Shown in pieces: positions 30,822 to 39,832 of a DNA stretch of 64,000 nt. The stretch's first letter is position 1, and every line of letters starts with the position of its first letter. The stretch comes from an uncultured delta proteobacterium. Lineage in GTDB: Bacteria; Myxococcota_A; UBA9160; SMWR01. The translations under genes and the position numbers were made by a program. The stretch lies in NCBI GenBank assembly GCA_963832165.1, contig CAWHTE010000002.1, positions 352,001 through 416,000 on the forward strand. The letters are read 5' to 3'. The notes under the pieces were generated by a model. It worked only from the letters and a program-made list of their open reading frames with translations, did no database searches and was not told the origin of the DNA.

Positions 30822-31243
30822 GGGCGCCCCCCACACGCATCGTGCTCTACGACGGCGTGTGCGGCTTCTGCAACGGAAGCGTGCGCTGGCTGATCGACCA
30901 CGACCGCGGGGAGCGGCTCAGCTTCGCGCCGCTCCAGGGCGACACGGCTGCGGTGTTGCGCGCGCGCCATCCCGAGATCCCGACCGAGCTCGACACGATC
31001 GTGTTCGTCGAGGTGGCGGTTCCGTTTTCCGAGCGCGTCTGGCTGCGCTCGGCCGCCGTATTCCGCGTGCTGCGCGAGCTGCCCGCGCCGTGGTGCTGGC
31101 TCGCGCCGCTGCGCTGGCTCTTGCCGGGGCGGCTCTGGGACGTCGCCTATCATGCTTTTGCGAGCCGGCGCTACCGCTGGTTCGGTCAGCTCGAGGCGTG
31201 CCCGATTCCACCGCCGGCGCTGCGCGCGCGGTTTCTGGCTTAG
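30818..31243 (+). CDS. DCC (DUF393) thiol-disulfide oxidoreductase family
   Basis: LYDGVCGFC, FAPLQ and RRYRWFG...CPIP. Confidence 0.9.
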   Translation: MRAPPTRIVLYDGVCGFCNGSVRWLIDHDRGERLSFAPLQGDTAAVLRARHPEIPTELDTIVFVEVAVPFSERVWLRSAAVFRVLRELPAPWCWLAPLRWLLPGRLWDVAYHAFASRRYRWFGQLEACPIPPPALRARFLA

Positions 31244-31293
31244 GAACGGGCGGATTCGAATCTGATTTTCGACTACATCGAGGTGGAACGGCC

Positions 31294-31716
31294 ATCTCCT
31301 CGCTTCTCACTCCTCTTCGTTACTTGTATTTCAGGATCTACTGTTGGCTCCTTCGACGCTGGGGGCCGGAGGACTATCCGGAGGTCAGCGCACTCATCGC
31401 GACAGCGCTCCTGTTGACACTTAACGTGATGAGCATCCCTGTAATCGTGAATGTGCTGGGCGGCCCAGCTCTCGCTGATCAAGTCTTTCGTCCATTGACC
31501 ATATTCGTTGGGATCGGCGCACTTCTGTTGGGGTACGTAACGCTATACCGTGATGGGAGTTACACGAAGATCGCTCGCGAGTTTCAGGATGAGAACGATG
31601 TCGCCCGTCGACGAGGCACCATCCTGGTCTGCGTGTACATCATTGCGTCTTTGGCTGCTTTCTATGGAGTCATGCTCGCGACGATTCCTGATCCGCCTCG
31701 CTCGTCAGAATCGTGA
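31294..31716 (+). CDS. Low-GC hypothetical membrane protein; start codon uncertain
   Basis: Open frame with about 3 hydrophobic segments and atypical codon usage; ATC rather than ATG follows GAGGTGG. Confidence 0.55.
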   Translation: MSSLLTPLRYLYFRIYCWLLRRWGPEDYPEVSALIATALLLTLNVMSIPVIVNVLGGPALADQVFRPLTIFVGIGALLLGYVTLYRDGSYTKIAREFQDENDVARRRGTILVCVYIIASLAAFYGVMLATIPDPPRSSES

Positions 31717-31739
31717 TGCCTTAAGCCATAAGCCGATGA

Positions 31740-31854
31740 GTAGGGCGGGAGAGCGAAGCGATCCCGCCGTGGAACGGACGCAATGGCGGGATCATCCCGC
31801 AGCGGTGCTCCGTCGTTGTGCAAGAGCAGCGGTGGCGGGATTCTCCCGCCCTAC
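31740..31854. repeat. REPIN-like element: inverted GTAG-type REPs
   Basis: GTAGGGCGGGAGA...TCCCGCC, internal GGCGGGATCATCCCGC, and terminal GGCGGGATTCTCCCGCCCTAC, between convergent genes. Confidence 0.7.
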
Positions 31855-31869
31855 GCGTGGCGTGGCGGC

Positions 31870-32133
31870 TCAGTCGGCGCGCGGGACGTCGTTCCAGATC
31901 GCGCGCCACTGACTCGCGGCGGCCGTCGCGGCCTCGAGCGCGCTGTTGCCGAGCGCGAGGATCAGCTGTCCGCGCTGCGTCCCCCAACGCGGCGTGCGCA
32001 CCACGGCGATCCATGCGCGCGTGGCGTGGCGGCTCCGCGGCGTGCGGTACAATTCTCCGTCCACCGAGTGCAGCCAGCTCACCGCCTCTTCGATCGTGAA
32101 CGTTTCGGGGACTTCAGCGATGGCATCGGGCAC
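31870..32133 (-). CDS. Hypothetical protein (about 87 aa)
   Basis: Host-like codon usage; GTG start after GGAG. Confidence 0.55.
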   Translation of the reverse strand: MPDAIAEVPETFTIEEAVSWLHSVDGELYRTPRSRHATRAWIAVVRTPRWGTQRGQLILALGNSALEAATAAASQWRAIWNDVPRAD

Positions 32134-32260
32134 GGCGGGACTCCAATGCCATGAGAGTGGCGACCGGACGGGTCTGTGTGTCGAGCAAGCGTTTCGCTCG
32201 GACGGCAGCACGCCCGCAGCATGCCCGCAGGTCCACCCCCAGAGGCGCGGCCTCGCTGCG

Positions 32261-33010
32261 CTATTTCAGCGCTGCGGGCGGCGGCTCTTTTTCTTCGATC
32301 GCGGCGGCGATCAGCCTGCGAACGCGCTCGGTCAGTGCGCCCACGTCTTCGCCCGCGAACGCCGCGTAGGGCAGCGGATCGAGCACGGTGACGCGGATCG
32401 GGTGGCGGCCCTGGAGCACGAAGCCGCGCTTGGGCAGCGCGCGCGAGGTGCCCTCGATCGCGATCGGCAGGATCGGGCGCTTTGCCGCGAGCGCGATCTC
32501 GAACGCGCCGGTCTTGAACGTGCGCATCCTGCCGTCGGGGGATCGCGTGCCTTCCGGGAACATCATGATCGAGGAGCCGTTCGCGAGAGCCTCCTGACAC
32601 TGGCGCACCATCTGCACCACGCTCGCGCGGTCGCCGCGGCGCAGCTCGATGTAGTCGTTGAGCCGCATGTTCCAGCCGATGCACGGCACCCGGAAGTTCT
32701 CGACCTTCGACACCCACTTGTAGTGCGTGAACAGCCGGAACAGCACGAGGATGTCGAGCAGCGAGAGATGGTTCGCGACCATCACGTAGGCTTCGTCGCG
32801 CGCGATCTTCTCGCGGCCGATCACCGTGACGGGCCAGGCCGGGTTCGTCCAGGTGTAGAGCGATGCCCAGAAGCACGTGAACAGGTGCAGGATGCTCAGG
32901 CGCGGATCGAACGGGCGCGTGACCGCCCAGACGACCACGGCGACCGGGAAGAGCGCGATCGACGTCACCGTGAGGAAGGCCCAGAACGCCGCCGAGTGTA
33001 CGACCCGCAT
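32261..33010 (-). CDS. Lysophospholipid acyltransferase (PlsC family)
   Basis: NHLSLLD, FPEGTRS and FKTGAF. Confidence 0.92.
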   Translation of the reverse strand: MRVVHSAAFWAFLTVTSIALFPVAVVVWAVTRPFDPRLSILHLFTCFWASLYTWTNPAWPVTVIGREKIARDEAYVMVANHLSLLDILVLFRLFTHYKWVSKVENFRVPCIGWNMRLNDYIELRRGDRASVVQMVRQCQEALANGSSIMMFPEGTRSPDGRMRTFKTGAFEIALAAKRPILPIAIEGTSRALPKRGFVLQGRHPIRVTVLDPLPYAAFAGEDVGALTERVRRLIAAAIEEKEPPPAALK

Positions 33011-33018
33011 GGCACGAA

Positions 33019-33741
33019 TTATGATCCGTCACCAGCCGGTTTCACACCCGGCTGGCACGCGCGCACGAACGCGCCGAACAGCTGTTCGCGGTGGCCGGGA
33101 TCGAGCGATTCCGGGTGCCACTGCACGCCGATGGCGAAGCGCGCGCCCTGCAGCTCCACGGCCTCGGCGACGCCGTCTGCGCTGCGCGCGGTGATGCGCG
33201 CGCTGCCGGACGCCGCGACCGCCTGGTGGTGCCGGCTGTTCACGGGCACGCGTTCCGCGCCGAGCACACTGCGCAGCCGGCTCCCGGTCTCGACGCGGAT
33301 CTCGTGCCGAGCGCCCGGATCGCCGAGGTGGTGATCGGCCGCGCCGGGTACATCGGTGGCGACGTCGAAGTGCAACGCGCCGCCGCAGTGGATCGCGAGC
33401 AGCTGCATCCCGTAGCAGACGCCGAGCACGGGGCGGTCGCGTTCGAGCGCCGCCGCGAGCAGCGCCCGGTCGAACGCGAGCTGGCGTTCGGGCACGACGT
33501 CGAACGACACATCGGCGGGATACGCGCGATCGGGTGCGAAGTCTCCGCCGCCCGGCACGAGCAGTCCGTCGAGCCGTTCGGCGAGCGCCGCGACGTCGTC
33601 CTGCTGCGGGAGATAGACCGGGGTGCCGCCGGCCTCGGCTACTGCGCGCGCGTAGGCGGCATCGGCGTAGTGATATTCGCGAGCGGGACGCCAGCGGCCC
33701 CGATCGTCGAGACACGGCGGAATGCCGATGAGCGGCCGCAT
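33019..33741 (-). CDS. Gamma-glutamyl-GABA hydrolase family (peptidase C26)
   Basis: RPLIGI, GVCYGMQ, NSRHHQAV and VQWHPE. Confidence 0.9.
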   Translation of the reverse strand: MRPLIGIPPCLDDRGRWRPAREYHYADAAYARAVAEAGGTPVYLPQQDDVAALAERLDGLLVPGGGDFAPDRAYPADVSFDVVPERQLAFDRALLAAALERDRPVLGVCYGMQLLAIHCGGALHFDVATDVPGAADHHLGDPGARHEIRVETGSRLRSVLGAERVPVNSRHHQAVAASGSARITARSADGVAEAVELQGARFAIGVQWHPESLDPGHREQLFGAFVRACQPGVKPAGDGS

Positions 33742-33787
33742 CGCGCGAAGTATACCTTCGCGCCGCGATGAATCGGACTGCACGATC

Positions 33788-34642
33788 ATGTCGAACCTGC
33801 TGATCGCCGGATGCGGGTATGTCGGAGGCGCGCTCGCGCGGGTCCGCGTCTCGCGCGGCGACAACGTGTACGGTCTGCGCCGCAACCCGGTCGACCTCCC
33901 CTCCGGCGTCGTGCCGATCTCGGCGGATCTCGCCGTGCCGCGCTCGCTCGCGGATCTGCCGCCCGTGATCGACGTGGTGGTGTATGCGGCGTCGCCGGGC
34001 GGGCGCGATGACGCGTTCTACCGCACCACCTACGTCGAGGGCCTGCGCAACCTGCTTGCGGCGTTCCGGGCGCAGGGACAGAAGCCGCACCGGATCGTCT
34101 TCGTGTCGAGCACAGCGGTGTACGGCCAGACCCGCGGCGAGTGGGTCGACGAGACGTCGGAGACGGAGCCGTCGCACTTTTCGGGACAGCGTCTGCTCGA
34201 GGCCGAGGCGCTGCTGCGCGCGAGCGGACTGCCCGCGGTGGTCCTGCGGCTCGGCGGCATCTACGGACCGAAGCGCACGCGCCTGGTCGAGGAAGTGCGC
34301 CAGGGCCATGCGCGCATCGCGCGCGGCGGGCCGCGCTACACCAATCGCATCCACCGCGACGACTGCGTGGGTGCGCTCGATCACCTGATCGAGCACGCCG
34401 ATCCCGCGGACTGCTACCTGGGCGTCGACTGCGAGCCCGAAGACGAGGCGGTGGTGCTGCGCTGGATCGCGGGCACGCTCGGCGTGGTGGAGCCGATCGT
34501 CGCGGCGGCCGACGAGCGCCGCAAAGAGGTGCGCGGAGGCAGCAAGCGCTGTCGCAACGCGCGGCTCGTGACGTCGGGCTATGCATTCCGCTACCCGAGC
34601 TATCGCGAGGGATACACCGCCGTGCTCGCGGAGCGCCGCTGA
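33788..34642 (+). CDS. NAD-dependent epimerase/atypical SDR
   Basis: IAGCGYVG, SSTAVYG, LRLGGIYGP and TNRIHRDD. Confidence 0.88.
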   Translation: MSNLLIAGCGYVGGALARVRVSRGDNVYGLRRNPVDLPSGVVPISADLAVPRSLADLPPVIDVVVYAASPGGRDDAFYRTTYVEGLRNLLAAFRAQGQKPHRIVFVSSTAVYGQTRGEWVDETSETEPSHFSGQRLLEAEALLRASGLPAVVLRLGGIYGPKRTRLVEEVRQGHARIARGGPRYTNRIHRDDCVGALDHLIEHADPADCYLGVDCEPEDEAVVLRWIAGTLGVVEPIVAAADERRKEVRGGSKRCRNARLVTSGYAFRYPSYREGYTAVLAERR

Positions 34643-35790
34643 TGCCGCGGCCGCCGCGCTTCGCCCCGAGCACCGAAGCGATGCCGGGCGCCGTGTTCTC
34701 GCCGATCGCGGGCCGCATGCGCGAGGTGCCTGGCGGCGTGTGCCCGCTCCACATCGGCGACACCTGGATGGAGCCGTTCACGGGCGGCCGCATGCAGGAC
34801 CTCTCCGAGGCGGACCACCCGGGCCTGCACCGCTACTGCGAGACGCGCGGCGTTCCCGCGCTGATCGAAGCGGTGGTCGAGAAGGTGCGCGCGAAGAACG
34901 CCCTGCGCTGCGAGCCCGAGAACGTGCTGATCACCTCGGGCGCGACCGGCGCGCTGTGCGCGGCGATCGGTGCGATCACGAGCCCCGGCGACGAAGTGCT
35001 GATCCTCGCGCCCTTCTGGCCGCTGATCCGCGGGATCGTCGGCGCGTTTCGCGCGGATCCCGTCGAGGTGCCGTTCTACGACCGCGTCGCGAACGCGGAC
35101 GAGGCGGTCGCGGCGGTCGCCGCGCAGACTTCTGCGCGCACGGCCGCGCTCTACGTATCGTCTCCGTCGAATCCCACCGGACGCTTGTTGCCGGAGTCGT
35201 GGCTCGACGCACTGGCCGAATGGGCCGAGCGCGAGGGCGTGTGGCTGATCTCCGACGAGGTCTACGAGGACTTCGTCTACCGCGGTGCGCACATCTCGAC
35301 CGCGCGTTTCCGTCCCGAGCGCACGCTCACGGTGTTCTCGTTCTCGAAGGCCTACGGCATGGCCGGAAACCGCACGGGCTATCTGGTGGGTCCCGCGGCG
35401 GCGATCACACAGGCACAGAAGATCTCCACCCATACCTCCTACGCCGCGCCCACGTCGGGGCAGATCGCGGGGCTGCGCGCGCTGCGCGACGGCGCCGCGT
35501 GGATCGCGCGCGCGCGCGCGTGCTACGAGGAGGTCGGGCGCGGAGCGGCCGAGCGTCTCGGCGTTCCCGCGCCCGAGGGCTCGACGTTCTTGTTCCTCGA
35601 CGTATCCCACCGGCTCGACGAGCGCGGCATCTGGGGCTTTCTCGAGGACTGTGTCGCCGAAGGCGTCGCGCTCGCGCCCGGACCCTCGTGCGGCCGCGAC
35701 TACGAGCGCTGGGTGAGGCTCTGCTACACGTCGGCGCCGCCCGATCAGGTGCTCGCCGCGGTGGATCGCCTCGCGCCGCGACTGCGCTGA
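34642..35790 (+). CDS. PLP-dependent aminotransferase class I/II
   Basis: PSNPTG, SDEVY and SFSKAYGMAGNRTG. Confidence 0.92.
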   Translation: MPRPPRFAPSTEAMPGAVFSPIAGRMREVPGGVCPLHIGDTWMEPFTGGRMQDLSEADHPGLHRYCETRGVPALIEAVVEKVRAKNALRCEPENVLITSGATGALCAAIGAITSPGDEVLILAPFWPLIRGIVGAFRADPVEVPFYDRVANADEAVAAVAAQTSARTAALYVSSPSNPTGRLLPESWLDALAEWAEREGVWLISDEVYEDFVYRGAHISTARFRPERTLTVFSFSKAYGMAGNRTGYLVGPAAAITQAQKISTHTSYAAPTSGQIAGLRALRDGAAWIARARACYEEVGRGAAERLGVPAPEGSTFLFLDVSHRLDERGIWGFLEDCVAEGVALAPGPSCGRDYERWVRLCYTSAPPDQVLAAVDRLAPRLR

Positions 35791-36377
35791 GGGCCGAGTC
35801 CGTCGAGCATCGCTTCGATCGCGAGCGCCCAGCGCCGCTCGACCGATGCCTTCGAGGTGCCGAGCCAGCCGGCGATCTCGGTGGCGGCGAGGCCCTGCAC
35901 GAGCGCGACCAGCGCGTGCGCGACGTCGGTCTCGTCGCCGGCGAGGCGCCCTGCATCGATGCAGCGCCGGACCTGGCCGACGATCAGCTCGCGCACCGCA
36001 CTTCCGGCCTCGAGCTCCGCCGGGCCCGGGTCGAAGTCGGCGAAGCGCCGCAGGAACATCAGCTCGGCGAGGATCGGGTGTTCGCGGATGAATCCGCGGA
36101 ACGCCTGGAGCAGGCGCGCGAGATCGGCGCGCGGATCGGCCGTCTCCGCGAGCTCGTCGAAGCGCCGCCGCAGCATCCGGAAGCCCTCGAAGAAGATCTC
36201 GCGGACCAGCCCGCTCTTGTCGCCGAACAGTTCGTAGACGGCGGGCGTCGAGGTCTGTGCGTGCTGGGCGACCCTTCGCGTCGTGAGCTCTGTGGCTCCC
36301 TCGCTCGTGAGCAACGCCACCGCGGCGCGCAGTACACGGTCGCGCAGCTCCGGAGTGCGCTGCTTCGGCCTCGGCAC
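35745..36377 (-). CDS. TetR/AcrR-family regulator
   Basis: PRPKQRT...LTTRRVA...TPAVYELFGDKSGL HTH. Confidence 0.9.
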   Translation of the reverse strand: MPRPKQRTPELRDRVLRAAVALLTSEGATELTTRRVAQHAQTSTPAVYELFGDKSGLVREIFFEGFRMLRRRFDELAETADPRADLARLLQAFRGFIREHPILAELMFLRRFADFDPGPAELEAGSAVRELIVGQVRRCIDAGRLAGDETDVAHALVALVQGLAATEIAGWLGTSKASVERRWALAIEAMLDGLGPQRSRGARRSTAAST

Positions 36378-36382
36378 CGCCC

Positions 36383-37078
36383 CTACGCCACGAGCGCCGC
36401 GGCCATGTCGGCCTCGATCGCGCTGCGAATCGCGCGCAGCGCGTGGTCGCGCGCGCGCAGCTTGCTCGCGGCGTGCACGTCGCGATCGAGCCGCGCGAGC
36501 TGCGCGGCGACCTCGTGCGCGCTGTGCTCGACGTCGACGGCGGGCACGACGCGGTCGAGGAATCCGGCCGCGACGGCATCCTCGGGCGCGTACATCTCCG
36601 CGAGCGCGACGGCGCGATGGAAGTGCGCGGGCGCGAGGCGCTGCCGGCAGATCTCGACGCCGAAGCGCGGCATCGTGATGCCGATCGCGACCTCGTTCGC
36701 GCCGATCCGGTGCGCACCCAGTGCGCCGATCCGGTAGTCGCCCGCGAGCACGAGGAATACGCCCATCGCGATCGCGTGGCCCGTGCACGCGATCACGACC
36801 GGCGACGGAAACGCGAGGATCCGCTCCGCGAGCTCGAAGCCCGTGCGAACGAGCGCATTCGACTCGGCGCCGCCCGCGCGCAGCACGCGCAGGTCGAATC
36901 CGGCCGAGAAGACGCCCGGCCTGCCGCAGAGCACCACCACGGCGCGATCGGACTTCGCGCGATCGAACGCGGCGCCGAGCTCGGCGAACAGGTCGATCGA
37001 GAGCGCGTTGACCTTGCCGTCGTCCATGCGGATCTCGGCGATGGAATCCCGCAGCTGATAGGTGACGCGATCGGCCAT
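36383..37078 (-). CDS. Enoyl-CoA hydratase/crotonase family
   Basis: DDGKVNAL, FSAGFDL, GHAIAMG and NEVAIG. Confidence 0.9.
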   Translation of the reverse strand: MADRVTYQLRDSIAEIRMDDGKVNALSIDLFAELGAAFDRAKSDRAVVVLCGRPGVFSAGFDLRVLRAGGAESNALVRTGFELAERILAFPSPVVIACTGHAIAMGVFLVLAGDYRIGALGAHRIGANEVAIGITMPRFGVEICRQRLAPAHFHRAVALAEMYAPEDAVAAGFLDRVVPAVDVEHSAHEVAAQLARLDRDVHAASKLRARDHALRAIRSAIEADMAAALVA

Positions 37079-37173
37079 GTTCTCTGCTCCCGTCGGGCGC
37101 GTATCGAAACGTTGTTACGAAACGACGATACGATTCGGGTGGGCCGCCGTCAAGCACGCGAATCCCCAGCGGA

Positions 37174-37608
37174 TCAGCGCGCGGGCAGCGCCTCGAGCCA
37201 CGCGCACCACTCGCTCGGCAGCCCGTGTGCGCGCGCGCCCTCCACGATCCGCTGCTTGTACGCGGCCGCGGCCACCGGATCGGCCGTCTGCAGGTCCGAG
37301 CGATAGGTCTGCACCGATTCGCGCCGCGCGTCGAGCACGACCTCGATCTCGATCCGCTCGTAGTCGCGCTCGAACGCGTCGAGGCGCGGCCAGTCGTCGG
37401 GATCGAGCGCGTACACGGCGCCCCACACGACGCCGCCGGAGTCGGGGTGGATGTTGGCCTTCGCAGTGCCGTCTCTTCCGCGTTTGTCGAGCCGCAGCGT
37501 GAACCCGGGCGCGTGTGCGGCGCCCCGCGCGAGCGCGTACGGCGCGCGCTCGCGCAGCCGGTCCGCGCAGAGATTGGATCCGTACGCGAAGTAGAGGTTC
37601 GAGCTCAT
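37174..37608 (-). CDS. Gamma-glutamylcyclotransferase family
   Basis: YFAYGSNL, VWGAVY and LDAFE. Confidence 0.88.
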   Translation of the reverse strand: MSSNLYFAYGSNLCADRLRERAPYALARGAAHAPGFTLRLDKRGRDGTAKANIHPDSGGVVWGAVYALDPDDWPRLDAFERDYERIEIEVVLDARRESVQTYRSDLQTADPVAAAAYKQRIVEGARAHGLPSEWCAWLEALPAR

Positions 37609-37665
37609 CGGGGGGGCACTCGGGTTTCGCGGCGTTACTCTACCGGCCCATTCTAGGAGGCGGCG

Positions 37666-38322
37666 GTGTTCGCGAAACGAAGTCTGGCGGTGATCTGCGT
37701 CGCGAGCTTGCTCGCGGTGGCGGCCTACGCGGAGGGAAACAAGATGGCGGGACTCGCGGCAATTCAGCGCTACATCGAGCAACAGAAGATCGACAAGAAC
37801 AAGCCCGGCTGGAAGCTCAAGTTGCCCAAGCCGCCGCCCGACGCGGACTTCAAGGGCGTGAAAGTCACCTGGAAGCTCGAGACCAACGTCGGAGACATCT
37901 CGATCCAGCTGATGCCCGACGTCGCTCCGAAGCACGTCACCAGCACCGTCTATCTCACGCGGCTCGGCTTCTACGACGACACGCCGTTCCACCGCGTGAT
38001 CCCCGGGTTCATGGCGCAGGGTGGCGATCCGACCGGCCGCGGCACCGGCGGCCCGGGCTATCAGTACGCGGGCGAGTTCGACCCCAAGCTGAAGCACACC
38101 AAGGGCGGGCTGCTCAGCATGGCGAACGCGGGACCGAACACCGACGGCAGCCAGTTCTTCCTCACGTTCGTGGCCACGCCTTGGCTCGACGGCAAGCACA
38201 CGATCTTCGGCGAGGTCACCTCGGGCATGGATACGCTGAAGAAGCTCGAGGAGAAGGGGACGCAGGGCGGTCAGCCGACCGCGGCGCTCAAGATCGTGAA
38301 GGCGACGATCGAGGTCGAGTAG
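37666..38322 (+). CDS. Cyclophilin-type peptidyl-prolyl isomerase, secreted
   Basis: FHRVIPGFMAQGGDP, LSMANAGPNTDGSQFF and WLDGKHTIFG; signal peptide. Confidence 0.95.
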   Translation: MFAKRSLAVICVASLLAVAAYAEGNKMAGLAAIQRYIEQQKIDKNKPGWKLKLPKPPPDADFKGVKVTWKLETNVGDISIQLMPDVAPKHVTSTVYLTRLGFYDDTPFHRVIPGFMAQGGDPTGRGTGGPGYQYAGEFDPKLKHTKGGLLSMANAGPNTDGSQFFLTFVATPWLDGKHTIFGEVTSGMDTLKKLEEKGTQGGQPTAALKIVKATIEVE

Positions 38323-38329
38323 GGCTTCG

Positions 38330-38887
38330 CTAAGCGAACTTCTGCTCGAGCACCGCGATCACGCGCTTCTCCGCGTCGGAGATGCTCGCAATGCCGAGGA
38401 TCCCGCCCGCGGCCTGCGCGACTTTGCGCGCGCGCTCGACGATCTCTTCGCGAAGCGTGGTGCGCTCCTCGCGGCTGAGCTTCGCCACGAGACCGGTCGC
38501 GTAGGCGTCCCACGCGACGAACAGCGCACCGGGCGGCTGCGCATCGAGCCAGCTCTCGAGCATCTCGCGGCTCGGAGAGCCGGGCTCGATGCCGTGCCGG
38601 ACGGCCGCGGTGAGGATCGCGTCGCGCTCGCGGCGCGACATCGCACCGTCGGCCCACGCCACCTCGACGAGCGGCACGAGCGAGAGCGCGACCCAGCTCG
38701 CTGAATCGAGGCCGAGATCCACCAGCTTGGCGATCACCTCGGGGTCTCGGATCAGCGACACGCGCGCGAGGTCTTCACCGCGCTGCTTCTCGCGCTGTGA
38801 ACGCATGCCCTCGAGCGCGGAATTCCGCTTCGCGAAGAACGCCGCTTCGAGTGACTTCCGCTCTGCGCCGAGAGTCTCGGCCGACAT
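38330..38887 (-). CDS. TerB-like domain hypothetical protein
   Basis: LEAAFF and LVPLVEVAWADG...ERDAIL. Confidence 0.65.
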   Translation of the reverse strand: MSAETLGAERKSLEAAFFAKRNSALEGMRSQREKQRGEDLARVSLIRDPEVIAKLVDLGLDSASWVALSLVPLVEVAWADGAMSRRERDAILTAAVRHGIEPGSPSREMLESWLDAQPPGALFVAWDAYATGLVAKLSREERTTLREEIVERARKVAQAAGGILGIASISDAEKRVIAVLEQKFA

Positions 38888-38906
38888 GGCGTGCGGTGAC
38901 TCCAGC

Positions 38907-39377
38907 TCAGTCGTGAATCTGCTCGGCGAGATACTGTTCTTTGCCGATCTCTTTCACGATGTGGAGCTGCGCCTCGAGCCAGTCGGCGCCCTCCTCTTCA
39001 CCCGTGAGAATCTCGACGAGAAGCTCGCGCGAGCCGTTGTCGCCTTTGTCGCGGCATAGCGCGATGCCGGCGTTCAACCGCTTGATCGCCTCGGTCTCGA
39101 GCACGAGGTCGAGGCGGTGCTGCTCGACGGGATCCTCACCCACGCGCACCGGGTTCAGGCGCTGCACGTTCGGAATCCCCTCGAGATAGAGGATGCGCTC
39201 GATCAGCTTGTCGGCGTCCTTCATCTCGCCGATCGACTCTTCGTACTTCTTCTTGGCGAGGCGCTGATAGCCCCAGTTCTCGCACATCTTGTGGTGGATG
39301 AAGTACTGGTTGATCGCGGTGAGCTCCGCGGTCAACACGTCGTTGAGCACTTCGATCACGGCCGGATCGCCTTGCAT
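38907..39377 (-). CDS. bfr: Bacterioferritin
   Basis: ELTAINQYFIH, EMKDAD.LIERILYLEG.PN and YLAEQI. Confidence 0.95.
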   Translation of the reverse strand: MQGDPAVIEVLNDVLTAELTAINQYFIHHKMCENWGYQRLAKKKYEESIGEMKDADKLIERILYLEGIPNVQRLNPVRVGEDPVEQHRLDLVLETEAIKRLNAGIALCRDKGDNGSRELLVEILTGEEEGADWLEAQLHIVKEIGKEQYLAEQIHD

Positions 39378-39473
39378 GCCGCTCTCCCGTTGCGTCTGCG
39401 CGCAAGGCTAACGGCGATCGGCGAGCGTCCCCACCCAAACGAAAACGAAAATGAAAGTCGCGAAGCCCAGCGG

Positions 39474-39686
39474 CTAGCTGGCGGCGGCGACCGCGAGCTC
39501 GGTGTGGTCGGTTGCGGCGGCCCGCGCCGTCTCGTGCGCGATCAACTCTTTCACCATCGGAATGCAGCCGCCGCAGTTCCGCCCCGCGTGGCACGCGAGC
39601 GCGACCTCGCGCGGCGAGTGCGCCCCGCGCCGGATCACTTCACGGATCGCGCGGTCGCTCAGGGCCCGGCAGTGGCAGACGATCAT
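39474..39686 (-). CDS. bfd: Bacterioferritin-associated ferredoxin
   Basis: MIVCHC...CGGC; adjacent to bfr. Confidence 0.9.
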   Translation of the reverse strand: MIVCHCRALSDRAIREVIRRGAHSPREVALACHAGRNCGGCIPMVKELIAHETARAAATDHTELAVAAAS

Positions 39687-39740
39687 CGGGAGACTCTCCG
39701 CAGGCCCTGGTATCGGGCGACATTGCACCCTACCACAGCT

Positions 39741-39759
39741 GAAAATGAAGTTCAAAATC
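39741..39759. promoter_or_regulatory. Fur-box-like site upstream of bfd (second weaker site at 39441-39459 upstream of bfr)
   Basis: GAAAATGAAGTTCAAAATC matches GATAATGATAATCATTATC at 13/19; the second site at 12/19. Confidence 0.45.
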
Positions 39760-39832
39760 GTTTTCGCTTCCGCGGGAGGGACCCCTGGCTCGAATTTAGG
39801 AATTTATTCAATTAAATCAGACATTTGAGCGT

